64,000 nucleotides of DNA from the NCBI RefSeq assembly GCF_009914755.1, contig NC_060933.1; one strand, 5' to 3'. This document shows, one piece after another, positions 12,883-27,600 of this stretch. This stretch comes from the human T2T-CHM13v2.0 reference genome, Homo sapiens. The notes beneath the pieces were generated by a model, which saw nothing but the letters and a program-made list of their open reading frames with translations, was not told the DNA's origin and did no database searches. Made by a program: the position numbers and the translations under genes. How positions within the stretch are numbered: the stretch's first letter is position 1; the number at the start of each line of letters is the position of its first letter.

Positions 12883-14180
12883 TGGAATGGAATGGAACGG
12901 AATGGAGTGGAATGGAATGGAATCAACCCGAGAGCAGGGGAATGGAAAGGAATGGAATGCAATGGAAAGGAATCATCCGGAATGGAATGGAAAGGAATAA
13001 AATGGAATCAACCCGAGTGGAATGGAATGGAAAGGACTGGAATGGAGTGCAATGAAATGGAATGGAATGGAATGGAATGGAATGGAATGGAATTAACCCG
13101 AATAGAATGGAATGGAATGGAATGGAACGGAATGGAATGGAATGGAATGGAATGGAATGGAATCAACCCGACTGCAGGGGAATGGAATGGAATGGAATGC
13201 AATGGAATGGAATCATCCGGAACGGAATGGAATGGAATGGAATGGAATCAACTCGATTGCAATGGAATGGAATGGAATGGAATGGAATTAACCCGAATAG
13301 AATGGAATGGAATGGAATGGAATGGAAAGGAATGGAAGGGAATGGAATGGAATGTAATCAACCCGAGTGCAGGGGAATGGAATGGAATGGAATGCAATGG
13401 AATGGAATCACCCGGAATGGAATGGAATGGAATGGAATGCAATCAACCCGATGCAATGGAATGGAGTGGAATGGAATGGAATGGAATGGAATGGAATCAA
13501 CTCGATTGCAATCGAATGGAATAGAATGGAATGGAATCAACTCGATTGCAATCGAATGGAATGGAATGGAATTAACCCGAATAGAATGGAATGGAATGGA
13601 ATGGAACGGAACGGAACGGAACGGAATGGAATGGAATGTAATGGAATGGAATGGAACGGAACGGAGCGGAACGGAACGGAATGGAATGGAATGGAATGGA
13701 ATGGAATGGAATGGAATCATCCGTAATGGAATGGAAAGGAATGGAATGGAATGGAATGGAATCAACTCGATTGCAATCGAATGGAATGGAATGGAATTAA
13801 CCCGAATAGAATGCAATGGAATGGAGTGGAACGGAACGGAACGGAACGGAATGGAATGGAATGAAATGGAATGGAATGGAACGGAACGGATCAGAACGGA
13901 ACGGAACGGAATGGAATGGAATGGAATGGAATGAAATGGAATGGAATGGAATGGAATGGAATCAACGCGAGTGCAGGGTAATGGAATGGAATGGAATGCA
14001 ATGGAATGGAATCTTCCGGAATGGAATGGAATGGAATGGAATGGAATGCAATGGATTCAACTCGATTGCAATGGAATTCAATAGAATGGAATGGAATGGA
14101 ATGGAATGGAATTAAACCGAATAGAATGGAATGGAATGGAATGGAACGGAACGGAACGGAATGGAATGGAATGGAATGGA
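12883..14180 (+). repeat. Segment X, copy 2, lacking ~115 bp relative to copy 1
   Basis: The offset falls from 12882 to 12767 across 780-950 of copy 1, where the TAACGCGAGT...CTTCC module is missing from copy 2. Confidence 0.88.
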
Positions 14181-17100
14181 ATGGAATGGAATGGAATTGT
14201 ATGGAATGGAATGCAATTGTACGGAATAGAATGGATTGGAAATTATTAGAAAGGAATGGAATCGAATGGAATGGAATGGAATGGAATGGAATCAACCTGA
14301 GTACAGGGGAATGTAATGGAACGGAATGCAATGGAATGGAATCATCCGGAATGGAACGGAATGGAATGGAATGGAATGGAATGCAATGAAATGGAATCAA
14401 CCCGAGTACAATGGAATGGAATGGAATGGAATGGAATGGAATGGAATGGAATGGAATGGAATGGAATGGAATCAACCCGAGTGCGATGGAATGGAGAGGA
14501 ATGGAATGGAATGGAATGGAAACTACCCGAATATAATGGAATGTAATGGAGTGTAAGGGAATTGAATAGAATCAATCCGAATGGAATGGAATGGAATGGA
14601 ACGGAAAGGAATGGAAGGGAATGGAATGGAATCAACCCGAGTGCAGGGTAATGGAATGGAATGGAATGCAATGGAATGGAATCATCGGAAATGGAATGGA
14701 ATGGAATGGAATGGAATGGAATGGAATGGAATGGTACGGAATAGAATGGAATGGAACGAAATGGAATGGAATGGAATGGAATGGAATGGAATGAAATGGA
14801 ATGGAATGGAATCAACTCGATTGCAATCGAATGGAATGGAATGGAATTAACCCGAATAGAATGGAATGGAAGGGAATGGAACGGAACGGAATAGAATGGA
14901 ATGGAATGGAATGGAATGGAACGGAAAGGAATGGAATGGAATGGAATGGAATGGAATGGAATGGAATGGAATGGAATCAACGCGAGTGCAGGGGAATGGA
15001 ATGGAATCAAATGGAATGGAATGGAATCAACCGGAGTGCAGGGGAATGTAATGGAACGGAATGCAATGGAATGGAAACATCCGGAATGGAATGGAATGGA
15101 ATGGAATGGAATGGAATGGATTGGAATGGAGTGGAACAACACGAATGGAATGGAATGTAATGGAGAGTAAGGGAGTTGAATAGAATCAATCCGAATATAA
15201 TGGAATGGAATGGAACGGAATGGAATGGAATGGAATGGAATGGAATGGAATGGAATGGAATGGAATCAACCCGAGTACAATGGAATGGAATGGAATGGAA
15301 TGGAATGGAATGGAATGGAATGGAATGGAATGGAAATGAATGGAATGGAATCAAGCCAAGTGCAATGGAATGCAGAGGAATGGAATGGAAAGGAATGGAA
15401 TGGAAAGCAATTGAATGGAATGGAATGACTTCAAACAGAATGGAATGGAAAGGAATGGAATCAACACGAGTGGAACGGAATGGAATGGAATGGAGTGGTA
15501 TGGAATGGAATGGAATGGAACAACCCGAATGGAATGGAATGTAATGGAGAGTAAGGGAGTTGAATAGAATCAATCCGAATGTAATGGAATGGAATGCAAC
15601 GAAATGGAATGGAATGGAATGCAATGGAATGGAATGCAAAGGAATGGAATCAACCGGAGTGGAATGGCATGGAATGGAATGCAATGGATTGGAATGGAAT
15701 GGAATCAACTCGAGTGGAAAGGAATGGAATGGAATGGAAAGGAATGGAATGAAGTCAACTCGAGTGGAATGGAATGGAATGGAATGGATTGGAATGGATT
15801 GCAATGGAATGAAATGGAATGGAATGGAATGGAATCAATCATTCCGAGTGGAATGGAAGGGAATGTAATGGAGTGGAAAGAAGGGAATGGAATCAACCCG
15901 AGTGGAATGCAAGGCAATGGAATGGAATGGAAAGGAATGGAATGGAATCAACTCGATTGCAATGGAATGGAATGGAATGGAATGGAATGGAATGGAATGG
16001 AATGGAATTAACCGGAATAGAATGGAATGGAATGGAATGGAACGGAATGGAATGGAATGGAAGGGAATGGAATCAACACGAGTGCAGGGGAATGGAATGG
16101 AATGGAATGCAATGGAATGGAATCATCCGGAATGGAAAGGAATGGAATGGAATCAACTCCATTGCAATGGAATGGAATGGAATGGAATGGAATAGAATGG
16201 AATGGAATTAACCCGAATAGAATGGAATGCAATAGAATGGAATGCAACGGAACCGAATGGAGTGGAATGGAATGGAATGGAATCAACCCGAGTAGAATGG
16301 AAAGGAATGGAATGGAATGGAAACTAATAGAATGGAATCAACCCGAGTGGAATGGAATGGAAAGGACTGGAATGGAAAGGAATGGAATGGAATGGAATGG
16401 AATGGAATGGAATCAACGCGAGTGCAGGGGAATGGAATGGAATCGAATAGAATGGAATGGAATGGAATGGAATCAACCCGAGTGCAATGGAATGGAGTGG
16501 AATGGAATGGAATGGAATGGAACAACCCGAATGGAATGGAATGTAATGGAGAGTAAGGGAGTTGAAAAGAATCAATCCGAATGTAATGGAATGGAATGTA
16601 ACGGAATGGAATGGAATGGAATGGAATGGAATGGAATGCAATGGAATGGAATCAACCCGAGTACAATGGAATGGAATGGAATGGAATGGAATGGAATGGA
16701 ATGCAATGGAATGGAATCTTCCGGAATGGAATGGAATGGAATGGAATGGAATGGAATGGAATGGAATGCAATGGATTCAACTCGATTGCAATGGAATGGA
16801 ATAGAATGGAATGGAATGGAATGGAATGGAATTAAACCGAATAGAATGGAATGGAATGGAATGGAACGGAACGGAACGGAACGGAACGGAACGGAACGGA
16901 GTGGAATGGAATGGAATGGAATTGTATGGAATGGAATGGCATGGTACGGAAAAGAATGGAATGGAAAGAATTGGAATGGAATGGAATCGAATGGAATGGA
17001 ATGGAATGGAATGGAATCAACCCGAGTGCAGGGGAATGTAATGGAACGGAATGCAATGGAATGGAATCATCCGGAATGGAATGGAATGGAATGGAATGGA

Positions 17101-18139
17101 ATGGAATGGAATGGAATGGAATGGAATCAACCCGAGTGCAATGGAATGGAGTGGAACGGAATGGAATGGAATGGAACAACCCGAATGGAATGGAATGTAA
17201 TGGAGAGTAAGGGAGTTGAATAGAATCAATCCGAATGTAATGGAATGGAACGGAATGGAATGGAATGGAATGGAATGGAATGCAATGGAATGGAATCAAC
17301 CCGAGTACAATGGAATGGAATGGAATGGAATGGAATGGCATGGAATGGAATGGAGTGATACGGAATAGAATGGAATGGAACGAAATGGAATGGAATGGAA
17401 TGGAATGGAATGGAATGGAGTGGAATCGTTCCGAGTGGAATAGCAGGGAATGTATTCGAGTGGAATGGAAAGGAATGGAATCAACCAGAGTAGAATGGAA
17501 GGGAATGGAATGGAATGGAAACTAATAGAATGGAATCAACCCGAGTGGAATGGAATGGAAAGGACTGGAATGGAAAGGAATGGAATGGAATGGAATGGAA
17601 TGGAATGGAATGGAATGGAATCAACGCGAGTGCAGGGGAATGGAATGGAATGGAATGGAATGGAATGGAATGGAATCAACGCGAGTGCAGGGGAATGGAA
17701 TGGAATCGAATGGAATGGAATGGAATGGAATGGAATTAACCCGAGTGCAGGGGAATGTAATGGAACGGAATGCAATGGAATGGAATCATCCGGAATGGAA
17801 TGGAATGGAATGGAATGGAATCAACCCGAGTGCAATGGAATGGAGTGGAATGGAATGGAATGGAATGGAACAACCCGAATGGAATGGAATGTAATGGAGA
17901 GTAAGGGAGTTGAAAAGAATCAATCCGAATGTAATGGAATGGAATGGAACGGAACGGAATGGAATGGAATGGAATGGAATGCAATGGAATGGAATCAACC
18001 CGAGTACAATGGAATGGAATGGAATGGAATGGAATGGAATGGAATGGAATGGAATGGAATGGAATGGAATGCAATGGAATGGAATCTTCCGGAATGGAAT
18101 GGAATGGAATGGAATGGAATGGAATGGAATGGAATGCAA

Positions 18140-18660
18140 TGGATTCAACTCGATTGCAAAGGAATGGAATAGAATGGAATGGAATGGAATGGAATGGAAT
18201 TATACCGAATAGAATGGAATGGAATGGAATGGAACGGAACGGAACGGAACGGAACGGAACGGAACTGAACGGAGTGGAATGGAATGGAATGGAATTGTAT
18301 GGAATGGAATGGCATGGTACGGAATAGAATGGAAGGGAAAGAATTGGAATGGAATGGAATCGAATGGAATGGAATGGAATGGAATGGAATGGAATGCAAT
18401 GGATTCAACTCGATTGCAATGGAATGGAATAGAATGGAATGGAATGGAATGGAATGGAATTATACCGAATAGAATGGAATGGAATGGAATGGAACGGAAC
18501 GGAACGGAACGGAACGGAACGGAACGGAACTGAACGGAGTGGAATGGAATGGAATGGAATTGCATGGAATGGAATGGCATGGTACGGAATAGAATGGAAG
18601 GGAAAGAATTGGAATGGAATGGAATCGAATGGAATGGAATGGAATGGAATGGAATGGAAT
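18140..18660 (+). repeat. 260 bp tandem duplication inside unit A (275 bp counterpart in unit B, ~34725-35250)
   Basis: TATACCGAAT is at 18201/18461 and 34784/35059. Each copy is followed by a (GGAAC)n-TGAAC run and GGAAGGGAAAGAA. Confidence 0.88.
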
Positions 18661-21600
18661 CAACCCGAGTGCAGGGGAATGTAATGGAACGGAATGCAAT
18701 GGAATGGAATCATCCGGAATGGAATGGAATGGAATGGAATGGAATGGAATGGAATGGAATCAACCCGAGTGCAATGGAATGGAGTGGAATGGAATGGAAT
18801 GGAATGGAACAACCCGAATGGAATGGAATGTAATGGAGAGTAAGGGAGTTGAAAAGAATCAATCCGAATGTAATGGAATAGAATGGAACGGAACGGAATG
18901 GAATGGAATGGAATGGAATGCAATGGAATGGAATCAACCCGAGTACAATGGAATGGAATGGAATGGAATGGAATGGAATGGAATGGAATGCAATGGAATG
19001 GAATCATCCGGAATGGAATGGAATGGAATGCAATGGAATGGAATGGAATGGAATCAACCCGAGTGCAATGGAATGGAGTGAAATGGAATGGAATGGAATG
19101 GAAACAACCAGAATGGATTGGAATATAATGGAGTGTAAGGGAATTGAATAGAATAAATCTGAATGTAATGAAATGGAATGGAACGGAATGGAATGGAATG
19201 GAATGGAATGGAATGGAATGGAATGGAATCAACTCGATTGCAATCGACTGGAATGGAATGGAATTAACCCGAATAGAATGGAATGGAATGGAATGGAACG
19301 GAACGGAATGGAATGGAATGGAATGGAATGGAATGGAACGGAAAGGAATGGAATGCAATGGAATGGAATGGAATGGAATGGAATCAACGCGAGTGCAGGG
19401 GAATGGAATGGAATGGAATGCAATGGAATGGAATCTTCCGGAATGGAATGGAATGGAATGGAATGGAATGGAATGGAATGGAATCAACCCGAGTGCAATG
19501 GAATGGAGTGGAATGGAATGGAATGGAAGGGAACATACCGAATGGAATGGAATGTAATGGAGAGTAAGGGAGTTGAATAGAATCAATCCGAATGTAATGG
19601 AATGGAATGGAACGGAATGGATTTGAATGGAATGGAATGGAATGCAATGGAATGGAATCAACCCGAGTGCAATGGAATGGAGAGGAATGGAATGGAATGG
19701 AATGGAAACTACCCGAATGGAATGGAATGTAATGGAGTGTAAGGGAATTGAATAGAATCAATCCGAATGTAATGGAATGGAATGGAACGGAATGGAATGG
19801 AATGGAATGGAATGGAATGCAATGGAATGGAATCAACCCGAGTGCAATCGAATGGAATCGAATGGAATGGAATGCAATGGAATGGATTCAACTTGAATGG
19901 AATGGAAAGAATGGAATCAACACGAGTGGAATGGCATGGAATGGAATGGAATGGAATGGAATGGAATGGAATGGAATCAACCCAAGTACAGGGGAATGGA
20001 ATGGAATGGAATGCAATGGAATGGAATCATCCGCAATGGAATGGAAAGGAATGGAATGGAATGGAATGGAATGGAATCAACTCGATTGCAATCGAATGGA
20101 ATGGAATGGAATTAACCCGAATAGACTGGAATGGAATGGAATGGAACGGAACGTAATGGAGTGGAATGGAATGGAATGGAATGGAACGGAACGGAATGGA
20201 ATGGAATGGAATGGAATGGAATGGAATCAACGTGACTGCAGGGGAATGGAATGGAATGGAATGCAATGGAATGGAATCTTCCGGAAAGGAATGGAATGGA
20301 ATGGAATGGAATGAAATGCAATGGATTCAACTCGATTGCAATGGAATGGAATAGAATGGAATGGAATGGAATGGAATGGAATTAATCCGAATAGAATGGA
20401 ATGGAATGGAATGGAATGGAATGGAATGGAACGGAACGGAATGGAATGGAATGGAATGGAATGGAATGGAATGGTATGCAATGGAATGGAATGGTACGGA
20501 ATAGAATGGAATGGAACGAATTGTAATGGAATGGAATTGAATGGAATGGAATGGAATGGAATGGAATGGAATGGAATCAACGGGAGTGCAGGGGAATGTA
20601 ATGGAACGGAACGCAATGGAATGGAATCATCCGGAATGGAATGGAATGGAATGGAATGGATTGGAATGGAATGGAATCAACCCGAGTGCAATGGAATGGA
20701 GTGGAATGGAATGGAATGGAATGGAACAACCCGAATGGAATGGAATGAAATGGAGAGTAAGGGAGTTGAATAGAATCAATCCGAATGTAATGGAATGGAA
20801 TGCAACGGAATGGAATGGAATGGAATGGAATGGAATGGAATGGAATGGAATGGAATGCAAAGGAATGGAATCAACCCGAGTACAATGGAATGGAATGGAA
20901 TGGAATGGAATGGAATGGAATGGAATGGATTGGAATACCTTCAAACCGAATGGAATGGAAAGGAATGGAATCAACACGAGTGGAATGGAATGGAATGGAA
21001 TGGAATGGAATGGAATGGCATGGAATGGAATGGAATGATACGGAATAGAACGGAATGGAACGAAATGGAATGGAATGGAATGGAATGGAATGGAATGGAA
21101 TGGAATGGAATGGAATCGTTCCGAGTGGAATAGGAGGGAATGTATTCGAGTGGAATGGAAAGGAATATAATCAACCAGAGTAGAATGGAAGGGAATGGAA
21201 TGGAATGGAAACTAATAGAATGGAATCAACCCGAGTGGAATGGAATGGAAAGGACTGGAATGGAAAGGAATGGAATGGAATGGAATGGAATGGAATGGAA
21301 TGGAATGGAATCAACGCGAGTGCAGGGGAATGGAATGGAATCGAATGGAATGGAATGGAATGGAATGGAATCAACCCGAGTGCAGGGGAATGTAATGGAA
21401 CGGAATACAATGGAAAGGAATCATCCGGAATGGAATGGAATGGAATGGAATGGAATGGAATCAACCCGAATGCAATGGAATGGAGTGGAATGGAATGGAA
21501 TGGAATGGAACAACCCGAACGGAATGGAATGTAATGGAGAGTAAGGGAGTTGAAAAGAATCAATCCGAATGTAATGGAATGGAATGGAACGGAATGGAAT

Positions 21601-24600
21601 GGAATGGAATGGAATGGAATGGAATGGAATGGAATGGAATGGAATGCAATGGAATGGAATCAACCCGAGTACAATGGAATGGAATGGAATGGAATGGAAT
21701 GGAATGGAATGGAATGGAATGGAATGGAATGGAATGCAATGGAATGGAATCTTCCAGAATGGAATGGAATGGAATGGAATGGAATGGAATGTAATGCAAT
21801 GGATTCAACTCGATTGCAATGGAATGGAATAGAATGGAATGGAATGGAATGGAATGGAATTAAACCGAATAGAATGGAATGGAATGGAATGGAACGGAAC
21901 AGAACGGAACGGAACGGAACGGATTGGAATGGAATGGAATGGAATTGTATGGAATGGAATGGAATGGTACGGAATAGAATGGAATGGAAAGAATAGGAAT
22001 GGAATGGAATCGAATGGAATGGAATGGAATGGAATGGAATCAACCCGAGTGCAGGGGAATGTAATGGAACGGAATGCAATGGAATGGAATCATCCGGAAT
22101 GGAATGGAATGGAATGGAATGGAATGGAATGGAATGGAATGGAATCAACCCGAGCGCAATGGAATGGAGTGGAATGGAATGGAATGGAATGGAGCAACCC
22201 GAATGGAATGGAATGTAATGGAGAGTAAGGGAGTTGAATAGAATCAATCCGAATGTAATGGAATGGAACGGAATGGAATGAAGTAGAATGGAATGGAATG
22301 GAATGGAATGCAATGGAATGGAATCAACCCGAGTACAATGGAACGGAATGGAATGGAATGTAATGTAATGGAATGGAATGGAATGGAATGGAATGGAATG
22401 GAATCAACCCGAGTGCAATGGAATGGAGAGGAATGGAATGGAATGGAATGGAAACTACCCGAATGGAATGGAATGTAAGGGAGTGTAAGGGAATTGAATA
22501 GAATCAATCCGAATGGAATGGAATGGAATGGAACGGAATGCAATGTAATGGAATGGAATGGAGTCAACCCGAGTGCAGGGGAATGGAATGGAATGGAATG
22601 CAATGGAATGGAATCATCCGGAATGGAATGGAATGGAATGCAATGGAGTGGTATGGAATGGAATGGAATCAACCTGAGTGCAATGGAATGGATTGAAATG
22701 GAATGGAATGGAATGGAGACAACCAGAATGGATTGCAATATAATGGAGTGTAAGGGAATTGAATAGAATCAATCTGAATGTAATGAAATGGAATGGAACG
22801 GAATGGAATGGAATGGAATGGAATGGAATGGAATGGAATGGAATGCAATGGAATGGAATCAACCCGAGTGCAATCGAATGGAATCTAATGGAATGGAATG
22901 CAATGGAATGGATTCAACTTGAATGGAATGGAAAGAATGGAATCAACACGAGTGGAATGGGATGGATTGGAATGGAATGGAATGGAATCAACCAGAGTAT
23001 AGGGGAATGGAATGGAATGGAATGCAATGGAATGGAATCATCCGTAATGGAAAGGAAAGGAATGGAATGGAATGGAATGGAATGGAATGGAATGGAATCA
23101 ACTCGATTGCAATCAAATGGAATGGAATGGAATTAAGCGAATAGAATGGAATGGAATGGAATGGAACGGAACGGAATGGAATGGAATGGAATGGAATGGA
23201 ATGGAATGGAACGGAAAGGAAGGGAATGGAATGGAATAGAATGGAATGGAATGGAATCAACGCGAGTGCAGGGGAATGGAATGGAATGGAATGGAATGGA
23301 ATCAACGCGAGTGCAGGGGAATGGAATGGAATGGAATGCAATGGAATGGAATCTTCCGGAATGGAATGGAATGGAATGGAATGGAATGGAATGGAATCAA
23401 CCCGAGTGCAATGGAATGGAGTGGAATGGAATGGAATGGAATGGAACAACCCGAATGGAATGGAATGGAATGGAGAGTAAGGGAGTTGAATAGAATAAAT
23501 CCGAATGGAATGGAATGGAATGGAATGGAATGGAATGGAATGGAATGGAATGCAATGCAATGGAATGGAATCAACCCGAGTGCAATGGAATGGAGAGGAA
23601 TGGAATGGAATGGAATGGAAACTACCCGAATGGAATGGAATGGAATGGAGTGTAAGGGAATTGAATAGAATCAATCCGAATGGAATGGAATGGAATGGAA
23701 CGGAATGGAATGGAATGGAATGGAATGGAATCAACCCGAGTGCAGGGGAATGGAATGGATTGGAATGCAATGGAATGGAATCATCCGGAATGGAATGGAA
23801 TGGAATGCAATGGAATGGAATGGAATGGAATCAACCCGAGTGCAATGGAATGGAGTGAAATGGAATGGAATGGAATGGAGACAACCAGAATGGATTGGAA
23901 TATAATGGAGTGTAAGGGAATTGAATAGAATAAATCTGAATGTAATGAAATGAAATGGAACGGAATGGAATGGAATGTAATGGAATGGAATGGAATGCAA
24001 TGGAATGGAATCAACCCGAGTGCAATCGAATGGAATCGAATGGAATGGAATGCAATGGAATGGATTCAACTTGAATGGAATGGAAAGAATGGAATCAACA
24101 CGAGTGGAATGGCATGGATTGGAATGGAATGGAATGGAATCAACCCGAGTACAGGGGAATGGAATGGAATGGAATGCAATGGAATGGAATCATCCGTAAT
24201 GGAATGGAAAGGAATGGAATGGAATGGAATGGAATGGAATGGAATCAACTCGATTGCAATCGAATGGAATGGAATGGAATTAACCCGAATAGAATGGAAT
24301 GGAATGGAATGGAACGGAACGGAATGGAATGGAATGGAATGGAATGGAATGGAATGGAACGGAAAGGAAGGGAATGGAATGGAATAGAAAGGAATGGAAT
24401 GGAATCAACGCGAGTGCAGGGGAATGGAATGGAATGGAATGCAATGGAATGGAATCTTCCGGAATGGAATGGAATGGAATGGAATAGAATGGAATGGAAT
24501 GGAATCAACCCGAGTGCAATGGAATGGAGTGGAATGGAATGGAATGGAATGGAACAACCCGAATGGAATGGAATGTAATGGAGAGTAAGGGAGTTGAAAA

Positions 24601-27600
24601 GAATCAATCCGAATGTAATGGAATGGAATGGAACGGAATAGAATGGAATGGAATGGAATGGAATGGAATAGAATGGAATGCAATGGAATGGAATCAACCC
24701 GAGTACAATGGAATGGAATGGAATGGAATGGAATGGAATGGAATGGAATGGAATGCAATGGAATGCAATGGAATGCAATCTTCCGGAATGGAATGGAATG
24801 GAATGGAATGGAATGCAATGGATTCAACTCGATTGCAATGGAATGGAATAGAATGGAATGGAATGGAATGGAATGGAATGGAATGGAATGGAATGGAATT
24901 AAACCGAATAGAATGGAATGGAATGGAATGGAACGGAACAGAACGGAACGGAACGGAACGGATGTGGAATGGAATGGAATGGAATTGTATGGAATGGAAT
25001 GGAATGGTACGGAATAGAATGGAATGGAAAGAATTGGAATGGAATGGAATCGTATGGAATGGAATGGAATGGAATGGAATCAACCCGAATGCAGGGGAAT
25101 GTAATGGAACGGAATGCAATGGAATGGAATCATCCGGAATGGAATGGAATGGAATGGAATGGAATGGAATGGAATCAACCCGAGCGCAATGGAATGGAGT
25201 GGAATGGAATGGAATGGAATGGAACAACCCGAATGGAATGGAATGTAATGGGGAGTAAGGGAGTTGAATAGAAACAATCCGAATGTAATGGAATGGAACG
25301 GAATGGAATGGAATGGAATGGAATGGAATGGAATGGAATGGAAGGGAATGCAATGGAATGGAATCAACCCGACTACAATGGAACGGAATGGAATGGAATG
25401 GAATGTAATGTAATGGAATGGAATGGAATGGAATGGAATCAACCCGAGTGCAATGGAATGGAGAGGAATGGAATGGAATGGAATGGAAACTACCCGAATG
25501 GAATGGAATGTAATGGAATGTAAGGGAATTGAATAGAATCAATCCGAATGGAATGGAATGGAATGGAACGGAATGTAATGGAATGGAATGGAATGGAATC
25601 AACCCGAGTGCAGGGGAATGGAATGGAATGGAATGCAATGGAATGGAATCATCCGGAATGGAATGGAATGGAATGCAATGGAATGGAATGGAATGGAATC
25701 AACCCGAGTGCAATGGAATGGAGTGAAATGGAATGGAATGGAATGGAGACAACCAGAATGGATTGGAATATAATGGAGTGTAAGGGAATTGAATAGAATC
25801 AATCTGAATGTAATGAAATGGAATGGAACAGAATGGAATGGAATGTAATGAAATGGAATGGAATGCAATGGAATGGAATCAACCCGAGTGCAATCGAATG
25901 GAATCAAATGGAATGGAATGCAATGGAATGGATTCAACTTGAAGGGAATGGAAAGAATGGAATCAACAGGAGTGGAATGGCATGGATTGGAATGGAATGG
26001 AATGGAATCAACCCGAGTATAGGGGAATGGAATGGTATGGAATGCAATGGAATGGAATCATCCGTAATGGAATGGAAAGGAATGGAATGGAATGGAATGG
26101 AATGGAATCAACTCGATTGCAATCGAATGGAATGGAATGGAATTAACCCGAATAGAATGGAATGGAATGGAATGGAATGGAATGGAACGGAACGGAATGG
26201 AATGGAATGGAATGGAATGGAACGGAACGGAATGGAATGGAATGGAATGGAATGGAATGGAATCAACGCGAGTGCAGGGGAATGGAATGGAATGGAATGC
26301 AATGGAATGGAATCTTCCGGAATGGAATGGAATGGAATGGAATGGAATGGAATGGAATGCAATGGATTCAACTCGATTGCAATGGAATGGAATAGAATGG
26401 AATGGAATGGAATGGAATGGAATTAAACCGAATAGAATGGAATGGAATGGAATGGAACGGAACGGAACGGAACGGAACGGAACGGAACGGAGTGGAATGG
26501 AATGGAATGGAATTGTATGGAATGGAATGGCATGGTACGGAATAGAATGGAATGGAAAGAATTGGAATGGAATGGAATCGAATGGAATGGAATGGAATGG
26601 AATGGAATCAACCCGAGTGCAGGGGAATGTAATGGAACGGAATGCAATGGAATGGAATCATCCGGAATGGAATGGAATGGAATGGAATGGAATGGAATGG
26701 AATGGAATGGAATGGAATCAACGCGAGTGCAGGGGAATGGAATGGAATGGAATGCAATGGAATGGAATCTTCCGGAATGGAATGGAATGGAATGGAATGG
26801 AATGGAATGGAATGAAATGCAATGGATTCAACTCGATTGCAATGGAATGGAATAGAATGGAATGGAATGGAATGGAATGGAATTAATTCGAATAGAATGG
26901 AATGGAATGGAATGGAACGGAATGCAACGGAATGGAATGGAATGGAATGGAATGGAATGGAATGGTATGGAATGGAATGGAATGGTACGGAATAGAATGG
27001 AATGGAACGAATTGTAATGGAATGGAATTGAATGGAATGGAATGGAATGGAATGGAATCAACGCGAGTGCAGGGGAATGTAATGGAACGGAATGCAATGG
27101 AATGGAATCATCCGGAATGGAATGGAATGGAATGGAATGGAATGGAATGGAATGGAATCAACCCGAGTGCAATGGAATGGAGTGGAATGGAATGGAATGG
27201 AATGGAACAACCCGAATGGAATGGAATGTAATGGAGAGTAAGGGAGTTGAATAGAATCAATCCGAATGTAATGGAATGGAATGCAACGGAATGGAATGGA
27301 ATGGAATGGAATGGAATGCAAAGGAATTGAATCAACCCGAGTACAATGGAATGGAATGGAATGGAATGGAATGGAATGGAATGGAATCAACTCGATTGGA
27401 ATGGAATGGAATGGAATGGAATGGAATGGAATGGAATGGAATTAATCCGAATAGAATGGAATGGAATGGAATGGAACGGAACGGAATGGAATGGAATGGA
27501 ATGGAATGCAATGGAAACAACCCGACTGCAGGGGAATGGAATGGAATGGAATGCAATGGAATGGATTAAACTTGAATGGAATGGAAAGAATGGAATCAAC

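Noticed and set aside
1312-14079. EcoRI sites (1312, 2431, 4409, 8137, 10725, 14074) suggesting a DYZ1-like ~3.5 kb unit
   Set aside because: The spacing is irregular and the sites are nearly absent after 14.1 kb. The pentamers are also much less diverged than I recall for DYZ1.
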